A stretch of 64,000 bases of DNA from Octopus sinensis (Eukaryota). The stretch spans positions 16,678,001 to 16,742,000 of the forward strand of contig NC_043025.1 of the NCBI RefSeq assembly GCF_006345805.1. The letters are read 5' to 3'. The notes under the pieces are model-generated. The model ran no database searches. It was not told where the DNA came from and saw nothing but the letters and a program-made list of their open reading frames with translations. Below, piece after piece: positions 63,892 through 64,000 of the stretch (its first letter is position 1; every line of letters starts with the position of its first letter). The position numbers and the translations under genes are program-made.

Positions 63892-64000
63892 AAACATCTG
63901 AGATCCCCAACCATGTGGTTGGTAAACAAGCTACTTACCACACAGCCACTCCTGTGCCATCCTTCTATAATGTTCTAACTTCTCACCTGGTACACAGCCA

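Overview
AT-rich, repeat-saturated animal genomic DNA. The SINE/LINE/MITE repertoire suggests an octopus or other coleoid cephalopod (inference, not a database match). 1-2961 is a ~120-bp satellite. 3378-42462 is a ~39-kb array of a different ~140-bp satellite whose monomer contains a 31-bp-arm imperfect palindrome; the array shows layered divergence, higher-order repeats and an orientation flip at ~38.79 kb. Two RTE-LINE 3' ends sit tail-to-tail at the satellite border, joined at the same monomer dinucleotide. After a 100-N gap (42463-42562), six small minus-strand exons splice in frame (GT-AG, matching phases) into the N-terminal region of neurofibromin (NF1). The gene runs toward the gap and the satellites, and no further exon is visible. 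Its introns hold tRNA-SINEs, RTE/CR1 fragments, piggyBac-type MITEs, foldback elements, microsatellites and three Penelope-type minimal hammerhead ribozyme motifs with the same palindromic helix III (ACAAUUGU), two of them sense to NF1. Most ORFs in the supplied track are repeat artefacts.
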